Source: Methylorubrum extorquens (GTDB lineage: Bacteria; Pseudomonadota; Alphaproteobacteria; Rhizobiales; Beijerinckiaceae). From it: a stretch of DNA of 32,000 nt. The position numbers and the translations under genes are program-made. Location: assembly GCA_900234795.1 (NCBI GenBank), contig LT962688.1, positions 1,680,001-1,712,000 of the forward strand, in the 5' to 3' direction. Position 1 is the stretch's first letter; the number at the start of each line of letters is the position of its first letter. The notes beneath the pieces were generated by a model. The model saw nothing but the letters and a program-made list of their open reading frames with translations. It ran no database searches and had not been told where the DNA came from. Below are positions 18,509 to 26,651 of this stretch, piece after piece.

Positions 18509-18622
18509 CGCCCTCATCCTGAGGTGCCCGCGTCAGCGGGCCTCGAAGGAGGGCTCCAGCCAGCCGCGCGATGTCTGGAGCCCTCCTTCGAGGCCGTTTC
18601 GCGGCACCTCAGCATGAGGGCG
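18509..18622. repeat. 114-bp nested palindrome (REP/MITE-like) inside the operon
   Basis: The outer arms 18509-18528 / 18603-18622 pair at 19 of 20 positions. The inner arms GGCCTCGAAGGAGGGCTCCAG (18539-18559) / CTGGAGCCCTCCTTCGAGGCC (18575-18595) pair at 21 of 21, with a 15-nt loop. I verified this base by base. Confidence 0.85.
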
Positions 18623-18657
18623 AGCGGGGGACAGAACTTTCAAACCTCTTCTGGCCT

Positions 18658-18717
18658 GCCGGGACGGCCCGGCCGCGACAGGGCTTTTGGACCGGGACGA
18701 CCCGGCCCCATCGGAGA
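18658..18717 (+). promoter_or_regulatory. candidate guanidine-II (mini-ykkC) riboswitch: two ACGR-tetraloop hairpins followed by the SD
   Basis: GCCGGG-ACGG-CCCGGC (18658-18673), an 18-nt linker, CCGGG-ACGA-CCCGG (18692-18705), then GGAGA (18713-18717) and ATG at 18726 of the first DUF1989 gene. Confidence 0.7.
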
Positions 18718-18725
18718 CATGCGCA

Positions 18726-19538
18726 ATGTCGGACGAAGCGAGCCAGATTGCGGAAAACCGCCGCCGCTACGAGGAGCTGAAGCAGGCGGGCCAGGGCCAC
18801 GCCCCGCGCGCCCTGCCCGGCCCGAGCCCGCGCGGGCCCGCGCCGCTCGACGAAGGCGCGATCCTCCACCGCGAGATCATCCCCGGCGGCTGGTACTGGA
18901 CCACCGCCCTGAAGGCCGGGGAGGCGATCCGCATCGGCCTCGACCATGGCCCGTCGAGCGTCGCCCTCGTCGCCTGGTCGGCCGCCGACACCAGCGAGCG
19001 GCTGAATTACGCCGACACCGTCAAGGTGCAGTGGACGGCCGCCCTCGCCAAGGGCCGGGTGCTGTTCTCCGATATGGGCCGGGTGATGCTCTCGCTGGTC
19101 GAGGATTCCTGCGGGGCGCACGACGCGCTCGTCGGCGGCTCCAATGCGGCCTCGAACGCCGCGCGCTATGCCGGCGGGCCGCATCGCAATACCCGCGACA
19201 ATCTCGTTCTGGCCGCCCTCAAGAGCGGGCTGGAGCGGCGCGACATCCCTCCTTGCGTCTCGTTCTTCGCCCCCGTCGTCGTCGGGCCTGAGGGTCGCTT
19301 TGCCTGGAATGCCGCCGGCCGGACCACGGGCGACTTCGTGGATCTGCGCGCCGAGATGGACCTGATCGTCACCCTCTCGAACTGCCCCCATCCCCTCGAT
19401 CCAGCGCCCGATTACGCGCCGAACCCGGTGGCGGTGACCCGTTTCCGCGCCCCGCCCCCGGCAATGGACGACCTCTGCCGCACCGCCACGATCGAGGCCG
19501 TGCGCGGCTTCGAGAACAACGCCGCCGCCGGCTTCTGA
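18726..19538 (+). CDS. urea-carboxylase-associated family protein (DUF1989), carboxyguanidine deiminase subunit-like
   Basis: Track ORF 18687.. trimmed to MSDEASQIAENRRRYEEL (GGAGA 8 nt upstream), 270 aa. It pairs with a second DUF1989 paralogue and lies directly upstream of the carboxylase. Confidence 0.85.
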   Translation: MSDEASQIAENRRRYEELKQAGQGHAPRALPGPSPRGPAPLDEGAILHREIIPGGWYWTTALKAGEAIRIGLDHGPSSVALVAWSAADTSERLNYADTVKVQWTAALAKGRVLFSDMGRVMLSLVEDSCGAHDALVGGSNAASNAARYAGGPHRNTRDNLVLAALKSGLERRDIPPCVSFFAPVVVGPEGRFAWNAAGRTTGDFVDLRAEMDLIVTLSNCPHPLDPAPDYAPNPVAVTRFRAPPPAMDDLCRTATIEAVRGFENNAAAGF

Positions 19539-19552
19539 GGGGAGCGATACCG

Positions 19553-20173
19553 ATGACCGACACCGTGACCACGCTCTTCGACGCCATCGTGCCCGCGCAG
19601 GCGCCGTTCTCCACCCTCGTGCGGGCCGGCCAGACCATCCGCATCAAGGACAGCCAGGGCTGCCAGGCCGTCGACACCCTGTTCTACCGGGCCGACGACC
19701 TGGGCGAGCGCTACTCGTCCCAGGATACGGTGCGCGCACAGGGCGCGGCCTACGTCACCACCGGCACGCGGGTGATGTCGAACGAGGGCCGGGTGATGCT
19801 CACCGTCACCGCCGATTCCTGCGGGCGCCACGACACCTCGGCCGGGGCCTGCTCCTGCGAGAGCAACACCGTCCGCTTCGGCCACGCCACCAAGTATCTC
19901 CATGCCTGCCGCGAGAACTTTGCGCTGGAAGTCGCAAAGTACGGCCTGTCGAAGCGCGACATCGTGCCGAACATCAACTTCTTCATGAACGTGCCGATCG
20001 AGCAGGATGGCGGGCTGGCCATCGTCGACGGCGTCTCCTCGCCCGGCGACTATGTCGAGCTGCGGGCCGAGATGGACGTGATCTGCGTGATCTCGAACTG
20101 CCCGCAGATCAACAACCCCTGCAACGGCTTCAACCCCACGCCGATCCGCGTGACCGTCCGCGGCGAGGCTTGA
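19553..20173 (+). CDS. urea-carboxylase-associated family protein (DUF1989), second carboxyguanidine deiminase subunit-like
   Basis: 206 aa. It is a paralogue of the previous gene (shared ..GDYVELRAEMDVICVISNCP.. / ..GDFVDLRAEMDLIVTLSNCP..), with 14-nt and 4-nt intergenic gaps. Confidence 0.85.
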   Translation: MTDTVTTLFDAIVPAQAPFSTLVRAGQTIRIKDSQGCQAVDTLFYRADDLGERYSSQDTVRAQGAAYVTTGTRVMSNEGRVMLTVTADSCGRHDTSAGACSCESNTVRFGHATKYLHACRENFALEVAKYGLSKRDIVPNINFFMNVPIEQDGGLAIVDGVSSPGDYVELRAEMDVICVISNCPQINNPCNGFNPTPIRVTVRGEA

Positions 20174-20177
20174 GCGC

Positions 20178-23100
20178 ATGTTCGCCAAGGTTCTGGTCGC
20201 CAATCGCGGCGAGATCGCCGCCCGCGTCGTGCGCACATTGCGGCGCATGGGCATCGCCTCGGTCGCCGTCTACTCCGACGCTGACCGCTTCACGCCGGGC
20301 GTACTCGCCGCCGACGAGGCCGTGCGCCTCGGCCCCGCGCCGGCCGCGCAGAGCTATCTCGACGTCGAGGCCGTCGTCGCCGCCTGTAAGGCGACCGGCG
20401 CAGAGGCCGTCCATCCCGGCTACGGCTTCCTGTCCGAGAATGTCGGCTTCGCCGAGCGGCTGGCGGCGGAAGGGATCGTTTTCATCGGTCCGCGCCCGGA
20501 GCACCTGCGCGCCTTCGGCCTCAAACACACGGCCCGCGAGCTGGCCAAAGCCAGCGGCGTCCCGCTCCTGCCCGGCACCGACCTCTTGCCCGATCTTGAG
20601 ACGGCGCTGAGCGCAGCCGAGGCGATCGGCTATCCGGTGATGCTCAAGAGCACGGCGGGCGGCGGCGGCATCGGGATGCAGCTCTGCCATTCGGGCCAGG
20701 AGCTGGCCGAGCGCTTCGCTGCGGTCGAGCGCACCGCGCGGGCCAGCTTCGGCGACGCCCGCGTCTATCTCGAGCGCTTCGTGGCGCAGGCCCGCCATGT
20801 CGAGGTGCAGATCTTCGGCGACGGGCGCGGCCGCGTCGTGGCGCTCGGCGAACGCGACTGTTCGCTCCAGCGCCGGAACCAGAAGGTGATCGAGGAGACG
20901 CCCGCCCCCGGCCTCTCCGACGCCGTGCGCGCCCGGCTCCACGCCGCGGCGGTGGCTTTGGGGGAGAGCGTCGCCTACGCCTCGGCCGGCACCGTCGAGT
21001 TCATCTACGATCCCACGCGCGAGGATTTCTCGTTCCTCGAAGTGAACACCCGGCTCCAAGTGGAGCACCCGGTGACGGAGGCGGTGTTCGGCATCGACCT
21101 CGTGGAATGGATGGTGCGCCAGGCCGCGGGCGAAGACCCGATCACGGCGGCCGGGCCGCTCGTGCCGAGGGGCGCGGCGATCGAGGCCCGGCTCTACGCC
21201 GAGATCCCGCACGCGAATTTCTCGCCGAGCGCCGGCCTGCTGACCGAGGTGCGCTTCCCCGAGACCGCCCGCATCGACGGCTGGATCGCCACCGGCACCG
21301 AGGTCACCCCGTTCTACGACCCGATGCTCGCCAAGATCATCGTCACCGGCACCGACCGTCCGGCGGCTTTGGCCGAACTCCGGGCAGCGCTGGCCGACAC
21401 CGCCATCTCCGGTATCGAGACCAACCTCGACTACCTCCGCACCATTGCCGCCTCCGACCTGCTGGCGAGCGGGCGCGTCGCGACCACGGCCCTGCGCGAC
21501 CTCGCCTATGCTCCCAAAAGCATCGAAGTGCTGCTGCCGGGCGCCCAGTCCAGCCTTCAGGAGCTGCCCGGCCGGCTCGGCCTGTGGGAGGTCGGCGTGC
21601 CGCCGAGCGGGCCGATGGATGCCCGCTCCTTCGCCCAGGCCAACGCCCTCGTCGGCAACGGGCAGGACACCTGCGCCCTCGAACTCACCGTCTCGGGCCC
21701 GACGCTGCGCTTCCACACGGATGCGCGGGTGGCCCTCGCGGGCGCTGCGATGCGGCTCACCCTCGACGGTGAGGCGCGCCCGCACGGGCAGGCTTTCTCG
21801 GTGAAGGCGGGCCAGACGCTCGCCATCGGCGCGATCGAGGGGCCGGGCCAACGCGCCTATCTCGCCCTGCGCGGCGGCCTCGCGGCGCCCGTGGTGCTCG
21901 GCTCGCGCGCGACCTTCGCGCTGGGCGCCTTCGGTGGCCACGCCACCGGCGTCCTGAAGGCCGGCGACGTGCTCCATCTCGGCGATGCGCTGGAGGTCAC
22001 CGCCGCCCCGCCCGAGCCCGCGCCGCTGACGCAGGATTGGGAGATCGGCGTCGTCTACGGCCCGCACGGCGCGCCGGACTTCTTCCAGGAGGCCGATATC
22101 GCCGATCTGTTCTCGGCGTCCTACGAGGTGCATTTCAACTCGGCCCGCACGGGCGTGCGCCTGATCGGCCCGACGCCGCGCTGGGCGCGGACCGACGGCG
22201 GCGAGGCGGGCTTGCACCCCTCGAACCTGCACGACAACGCCTACGCCCTCGGCGCCATCGACTTCACCGGCGACATGCCGATCCTGCTCGGCCCCGACGG
22301 GCCGAGTCTCGGCGGCTTTGTCTGCCCCGCGGTGATCGCCCGCGACGAGCTGTGGAAGATGGGCCAGCTCCGGCCCGGCGACACGGTGCGCTTCCGTCCC
22401 CTGGCCCGGCCGGAGGACGCGCTCGCCGCCCCGGCCCTGATCGGTGGCGCGGGCAGCCTGCCCGGCTCGCCCATCCTCGCCCGCGACGAGACCGGCCTGG
22501 TCCCCGTCGCCTATCGCCGCCAGGGCGACGACAACCTCCTCGTCGAGTACGGCCCGATGGCCCTCGATATCGGCTTGCGGCTGCGGGTCCACCTGCTCGC
22601 CGAGGCGGTGCGCGCCGCGCGGCTGCCCGGTCTGACCGACCTGACGCCCGGCATCCGCTCGCTTCAGATCCACTACGACGGGACGGCGCTGCCGCGCTCG
22701 CGCCTGCTCGGCAGCCTGCGCGAGATCGAGGCCGGATTGCCGCCGGCGGAGGCCGTCAGCGTCCCGAGTCGTACCGTTCACCTGCCGCTCTCGTGGAACG
22801 ACCCGCAGGCGGAACTGGCCATGCGCAAGTACCAGGAGTTGGTGCGCCCCAACGCACCCTGGTGCCCCTCGAACATCGAGTTCATCCGCCGCATCAACGG
22901 CCTGCCCGACGAGGCGGCGGTGCGCAGCATCATCTTCGATGCGAGCTACCTCGTGATGGGGCTCGGCGATGTCTATCTCGGCGCGCCGGTCGCCACCCCG
23001 GTCGATCCGCGCCACCGCCTTGTGACCACCAAGTACAACCCGGCCCGCACCTGGACGCCGGAGAACGCGGTCGGGATCGGCGGTGCCTATCTATGCATCT

Positions 23101-23708
23101 ACGGCATGGAGGGGCCGGGCGGGTACCAGCTGTTCGGACGCACGATCCAGGTCTGGAACACGTGGCGGACCACCCGCGAATTCGTGCCCGGCCATCCCTG
23201 GCTGCTGCGGCCCTTCGACCGCATCCGCTTCTTCCCCGTCAGCCATGACGAGCTCACCGAGGCCCGCGCCGCCTTTCCGCACGGCGCCTATCCGATCCGG
23301 ATCGAGGACGGCACGTTCTCCTACGCCGAGCACCGAATGATGCTCGCGGGCAACGCCGCCGAGATCGAGCAGGCGGGGGCGCGCCAGAGGGCGGCCTTCG
23401 CGGCCGAGCGCGAGCGCTGGAAGGCGGAAGGCCTCGACAGCTTCGTCGCCGACGAGGCGGTGGCGGCGGAGGCCGCCGAGATCCCGCCGGGCTGCGAGGG
23501 CGTGCCGACCACCGTGCCTGGCAATGTCTGGAAGGTTCTGGTCGGCGAGGGCGAGACCGTAGCCGCCGGCCAGACGGTGGCGATCCTCGAATCGATGAAG
23601 ATGGAGGTGGCGGTCACCGCCCCCGTCGGCGGCCGGGTCCGCGAGATCCGGGCCCAGCCCGGCCGCACCCTGCGCGGCGGCGACCTCGTCGCCATCCTCG
23701 AGACCTGA
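20178..23708 (+). CDS. biotin-dependent urea/guanidine carboxylase (biotin carboxylase + allophanate-hydrolase-subunit-like CT domains + BCCP)
   Basis: 1176 aa. It has an N-terminal ATP-grasp biotin carboxylase (MFAKVLVANRGEIAARVV...), central KipA/KipI-like domains, and a C-terminal biotinyl domain with ..ILESMKMEVAV... The riboswitches and DUF1989 pair argue that guanidine is the substrate. Confidence 0.92.
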   Translation: MFAKVLVANRGEIAARVVRTLRRMGIASVAVYSDADRFTPGVLAADEAVRLGPAPAAQSYLDVEAVVAACKATGAEAVHPGYGFLSENVGFAERLAAEGIVFIGPRPEHLRAFGLKHTARELAKASGVPLLPGTDLLPDLETALSAAEAIGYPVMLKSTAGGGGIGMQLCHSGQELAERFAAVERTARASFGDARVYLERFVAQARHVEVQIFGDGRGRVVALGERDCSLQRRNQKVIEETPAPGLSDAVRARLHAAAVALGESVAYASAGTVEFIYDPTREDFSFLEVNTRLQVEHPVTEAVFGIDLVEWMVRQAAGEDPITAAGPLVPRGAAIEARLYAEIPHANFSPSAGLLTEVRFPETARIDGWIATGTEVTPFYDPMLAKIIVTGTDRPAALAELRAALADTAISGIETNLDYLRTIAASDLLASGRVATTALRDLAYAPKSIEVLLPGAQSSLQELPGRLGLWEVGVPPSGPMDARSFAQANALVGNGQDTCALELTVSGPTLRFHTDARVALAGAAMRLTLDGEARPHGQAFSVKAGQTLAIGAIEGPGQRAYLALRGGLAAPVVLGSRATFALGAFGGHATGVLKAGDVLHLGDALEVTAAPPEPAPLTQDWEIGVVYGPHGAPDFFQEADIADLFSASYEVHFNSARTGVRLIGPTPRWARTDGGEAGLHPSNLHDNAYALGAIDFTGDMPILLGPDGPSLGGFVCPAVIARDELWKMGQLRPGDTVRFRPLARPEDALAAPALIGGAGSLPGSPILARDETGLVPVAYRRQGDDNLLVEYGPMALDIGLRLRVHLLAEAVRAARLPGLTDLTPGIRSLQIHYDGTALPRSRLLGSLREIEAGLPPAEAVSVPSRTVHLPLSWNDPQAELAMRKYQELVRPNAPWCPSNIEFIRRINGLPDEAAVRSIIFDASYLVMGLGDVYLGAPVATPVDPRHRLVTTKYNPARTWTPENAVGIGGAYLCIYGMEGPGGYQLFGRTIQVWNTWRTTREFVPGHPWLLRPFDRIRFFPVSHDELTEARAAFPHGAYPIRIEDGTFSYAEHRMMLAGNAAEIEQAGARQRAAFAAERERWKAEGLDSFVADEAVAAEAAEIPPGCEGVPTTVPGNVWKVLVGEGETVAAGQTVAILESMKMEVAVTAPVGGRVREIRAQPGRTLRGGDLVAILET

Positions 23709-23792
23709 GGGCGGGACGGATCTTGCAAGGCCCGAGCGGCCGGACGGCGGAGCCCGCCCGGCGCGCTCCTCGCACAGGCACGGAGACGGCCG

Positions 23793-23912
23793 ATGATGCA
23801 GCAGATCCACCGCACCCTCACCGCGATCCTCGGTCTGGTCGTGCTCGGCCTCCAGGCCAAGGCTGCCGGACGGCTGCCGCAGGGTGAGCGGGGCCGGGAG
23901 ACGCCGCGATAG
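23793..23912 (+). CDS. hypothetical 39-aa single-pass membrane micro-protein (speculative)
   Basis: GGAGA lies 6 nt upstream of ATG. Product: MMQQIHRTLTAILGLVVLGLQAKAAGRLPQGERGRETPR. GC3 is about 87%. It sits in the otherwise empty 305-nt gap between the carboxylase and the allophanate hydrolase. Confidence 0.25.
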   Translation: MMQQIHRTLTAILGLVVLGLQAKAAGRLPQGERGRETPR

Positions 23913-24012
23913 GCCTTCCGGCCGCCGGGCCATCAGGCTCGGGCCGCCGGAGCCATCCCCCCTTCGAATTTCGGGCCGCGTGCTGCCGCCCCTTCACGGA
24001 CGTGAGAGATCG

Positions 24013-25848
24013 ATGCCGGTTCCCGCCTTCCCGAGCCTCAGCGCGCTCCACGCCGCCTATGCCGAGGGGCTCTCGCTCGAGGTGGTTCTGGCCGAGATCG
24101 ACCGCCGCATCGCTGTTGCCGACGATCCCGGCATCTTCCTCGCGCGGGTGCCGGCGGCGGAGATGCAGGCCGCCGCCCGCGCGCTGGGCCCCTTCGACCC
24201 CGCCAACAAACCGCTCTGGGGCGTGCCTTTCGCGGTAAAGGACAATGTCGACGTGGCGGGCCTGCCCACCACCGCCGCCTGCCCGGATTTCGCCTACACG
24301 CCGCAGGCGACCGCCCCGGCGGTCGAGCGCCTGCTCGCGGCCGGCGCGATCCTCGTCGGCAAGACCAATCTCGACCAGTTCGCCACCGGGCTGGTCGGTG
24401 TGCGCACGCCCTATCCGGTGCCGAAGAACGCCATCGATCCCACGATCGTGCCGGGCGGCTCCTCGTCCGGCTCGGCGGTGGCGGTGGCGCGCGGCCTCGT
24501 CACCTTCGCGCTCGGCACCGACACGGCGGGTTCGGGCCGGGTGCCGGCCGGCCTCAACAACATCGTCGGGCTCAAGCCCTCCCTCGGCAGCGTCTCGGGC
24601 CGCGGCGTGGTCCCGGCCTGCCGCACGCTGGACACCCTCTCCGTCTTCGCCGGCACCGTGACGGAGGCCGATGTGGTCTTTCGGATCATGGCCGGATACG
24701 ATCCGCAGGATCCGTATTCGCGCGCCCTGCCCGTTCCACCCCGCCCCGGTGCCCTGCCCCCCGGCCTGAGGGTCGGCGTGCCGGATGCGGCGAGCCTGAT
24801 CTTTGCCGGCGACGCGCTCTCGGCGAATGCCTTCGACGGGGCACTCGCCGACCTGGACACGGTGATCGGCGGCGCGGCGGTGACGGTCGATCTCGCGCCC
24901 TTCTTCGCGGTGGCGGGGCTTCTCTATGCCGGCCCCTGGGTGGCCGAGCGCTATCAGGCGATCCGCGGTTTCATCGAGGAGCGCCCGGAGGCCCTGCACC
25001 CGACCACGCGGGCGATCATCGGCGCGGCCACCGGTCACTCGGCGGCGGATGCCTTCGCCGGCCTCTACCGCCTCGCCGAACTGCGCCGGGCGACGGAAGT
25101 CGTCTGGCGCGGAATCGACGTGCTCGTGGTGCCGACCTATCCGCGTCCGCGCCGCGTCGCCGACCTCGCCGCCGACCCGGTCGGCCCCAACAGCGAGCTC
25201 GGCACCTACACCAACTTCGTCAACCTGCTCGATCTCTGCGCCCTCGCGGTGCCGGGGCGCTTCCGGGCCGACGGCCGCCCGTCCGGCGTCACGCTGATCG
25301 CGCCGCGCGGGGCCGACGGCCTCATCGCCGAACTCGGCGCCCGCCTCCACGCGGCGGCCGGCGGCACCCTCGGAGCGAGCGGCGTGCCGATCCCGGCGGA
25401 GGCCGCATCGCCGGGGGATCGCGCGCAAAGGGGAGATCGCGCGCAAGGGGACGAGATCGAGATCGCGGTGGTCGGCGCGCACCTGTCCGGCCTGCCGCTC
25501 AACGGCGAGCTGACCGCCCGTGGCGCCCGCTTCCTGCGCGCCGTCCGCACGACGCCGGATTACCGCCTGCACGCGCTGCCCGGCGGGCCGCCGGCCCGGC
25601 CCGGCCTGATCCGCGTCGCGCCCGGGTCGGGCCATGCGATCGAGACCGAGGTTTGGGCGCTGACACCGGACGCCTTCGGCTCCTTCGTGGCGGGGATTCC
25701 CGCGCCGCTCGCGATCGGCACGCTGTCGCTGGCCGACGGCACGGCGCCGAAGGGATTTTTGGCGGAAGCGGCCGGGCTGACGGGGGCGCGCAACATCAGC
25801 GACCACGGCGGCTGGCGCGCCTATCTCGCCTCCGTAACAGCGACGTAG
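24013..25848 (+). CDS. atzF: allophanate hydrolase
   Basis: Track ORF 23884.. trimmed to MPVPAFPSLSALHAAYAEG, 611 aa. It has the amidase signature (..GGSSSGSAVAVARG..GTDTAGSGRVPA..) and the C-terminal AtzF-type domain. Confidence 0.9.
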   Translation: MPVPAFPSLSALHAAYAEGLSLEVVLAEIDRRIAVADDPGIFLARVPAAEMQAAARALGPFDPANKPLWGVPFAVKDNVDVAGLPTTAACPDFAYTPQATAPAVERLLAAGAILVGKTNLDQFATGLVGVRTPYPVPKNAIDPTIVPGGSSSGSAVAVARGLVTFALGTDTAGSGRVPAGLNNIVGLKPSLGSVSGRGVVPACRTLDTLSVFAGTVTEADVVFRIMAGYDPQDPYSRALPVPPRPGALPPGLRVGVPDAASLIFAGDALSANAFDGALADLDTVIGGAAVTVDLAPFFAVAGLLYAGPWVAERYQAIRGFIEERPEALHPTTRAIIGAATGHSAADAFAGLYRLAELRRATEVVWRGIDVLVVPTYPRPRRVADLAADPVGPNSELGTYTNFVNLLDLCALAVPGRFRADGRPSGVTLIAPRGADGLIAELGARLHAAAGGTLGASGVPIPAEAASPGDRAQRGDRAQGDEIEIAVVGAHLSGLPLNGELTARGARFLRAVRTTPDYRLHALPGGPPARPGLIRVAPGSGHAIETEVWALTPDAFGSFVAGIPAPLAIGTLSLADGTAPKGFLAEAAGLTGARNISDHGGWRAYLASVTAT

Positions 25849-25945
25849 AGCCGTGCCCGGCCCGATCTCATCGGTCTAGAGGCCCTTTGGAGAAACCTCT
25901 CGGGGGGATGAACCCTTTCCTTGTCGGAAGCCAAGGAGGTTCACG

Positions 25946-26161
25946 ATGGCAGACGCGAAGACGGAGCGGGAGGCGGTCGGGACACAGCCGCCCGGTCGCC
26001 CGCTCGGTGAGCGCAGCAAGCCCGAAGCGGAGCCGGATCTCGGACCGACGGGCCCGGCCTCGGCCGAGGGCGAAAAACCCGGCCCTCAATCCGGCGGCTA
26101 CGATCGGCAATCGCCGGATCGTTCGACGGACAATGCAAAGGGCGGCTACGGCGCCGGCTGA
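25946..26161 (+). CDS. small hydrophilic, disordered Gly/Pro/Glu-rich protein (hypothetical)
   Basis: 71 aa with a strong RBS (AAGGAGG 6 nt upstream of ATG). A perfect 15-bp hairpin follows immediately. Confidence 0.5.
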   Translation: MADAKTEREAVGTQPPGRPLGERSKPEAEPDLGPTGPASAEGEKPGPQSGGYDRQSPDRSTDNAKGGYGAG

Positions 26162-26167
26162 GCCGGC

Positions 26168-26206
26168 CTGCGGGGCAGGCGGAGCGTGTCGCCGCCTGCC
26201 CCGCAG
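26168..26206. terminator. perfect 15-bp GC hairpin (terminator candidate without U-tract)
   Basis: CTGCGGGGCAGGCGG-agcgtgtcg-CCGCCTGCCCCGCAG, directly after the 25946..26161 stop. Confidence 0.5.
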
Positions 26207-26384
26207 AGCCAGGGTCAGAGGGCCGAGCAGGCCATCTCATCCCCAGGGCGCGGCCTGTTCAAAAATGGGGTGTAAGTCTCTGAGAGGCCGTGGGTCGCAT
26301 TGCCCTTTTCCACCGTCTGTCCCCATATAGGAACGAAAGGCGAACAACCGTCTTATCGGAGTTGGAACGAGGGGCTTGGCGCAG

Positions 26385-26606
26385 ATGGCACGCTACCGCT
26401 TTCACGCGACGAACGGCTACGCATGCGTGTTCGACGCGCAGGGCAAGGACATCCGGGTCCCCGCGCGCCTCGTCCGGCGTGCCGACGAGGTGGCCCAGGC
26501 GGTGATGAGCAGCCTCGATGACCAAGAGGATTGGTCGCAGTGGCATGTCAGCGTGCATGACCTCAGCGGTCGACGCGTGCTGGTGAAACCGTTCGTGTCG
26601 GGTTGA
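26385..26606 (+). CDS. small DUF6894-like protein (hypothetical)
   Basis: MARYRFHATNGYACVFDAQGKDIRVPARLVRRADEVAQAVM...VSVHDLSGRRVLVKPF resembles the MPRYFFH..DG....D..G..L......A......A....+....W...V.D..GR..L.V.F pattern of DUF6894 as I remember it. ATG 26385 is preferred over TTG 26376. Confidence 0.6.
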   Translation: MARYRFHATNGYACVFDAQGKDIRVPARLVRRADEVAQAVMSSLDDQEDWSQWHVSVHDLSGRRVLVKPFVSG

Positions 26607-26651
26607 TCGATCGTCCGGCAGAACGTGGTCACGGCGTTGGCCGAGGCCGCT

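Noticed and set aside
20130-23015. 961-aa minus-strand ORF antisense to the carboxylase. Similar long antisense ORFs are 23818..25806(-), 4199..5710(+), 7273..8709(+), 9743..11128(+), 12809..13825(-), 12820..13923(+), 13899..14879(-) and 16673..17611(-).
   Set aside because: These are typical GC-rich shadow ORFs. Their products are Arg/Ala/Gly/Pro-rich low-complexity sequences with no recognisable motifs. Each lies opposite a gene with clear family motifs and tight operon spacing.
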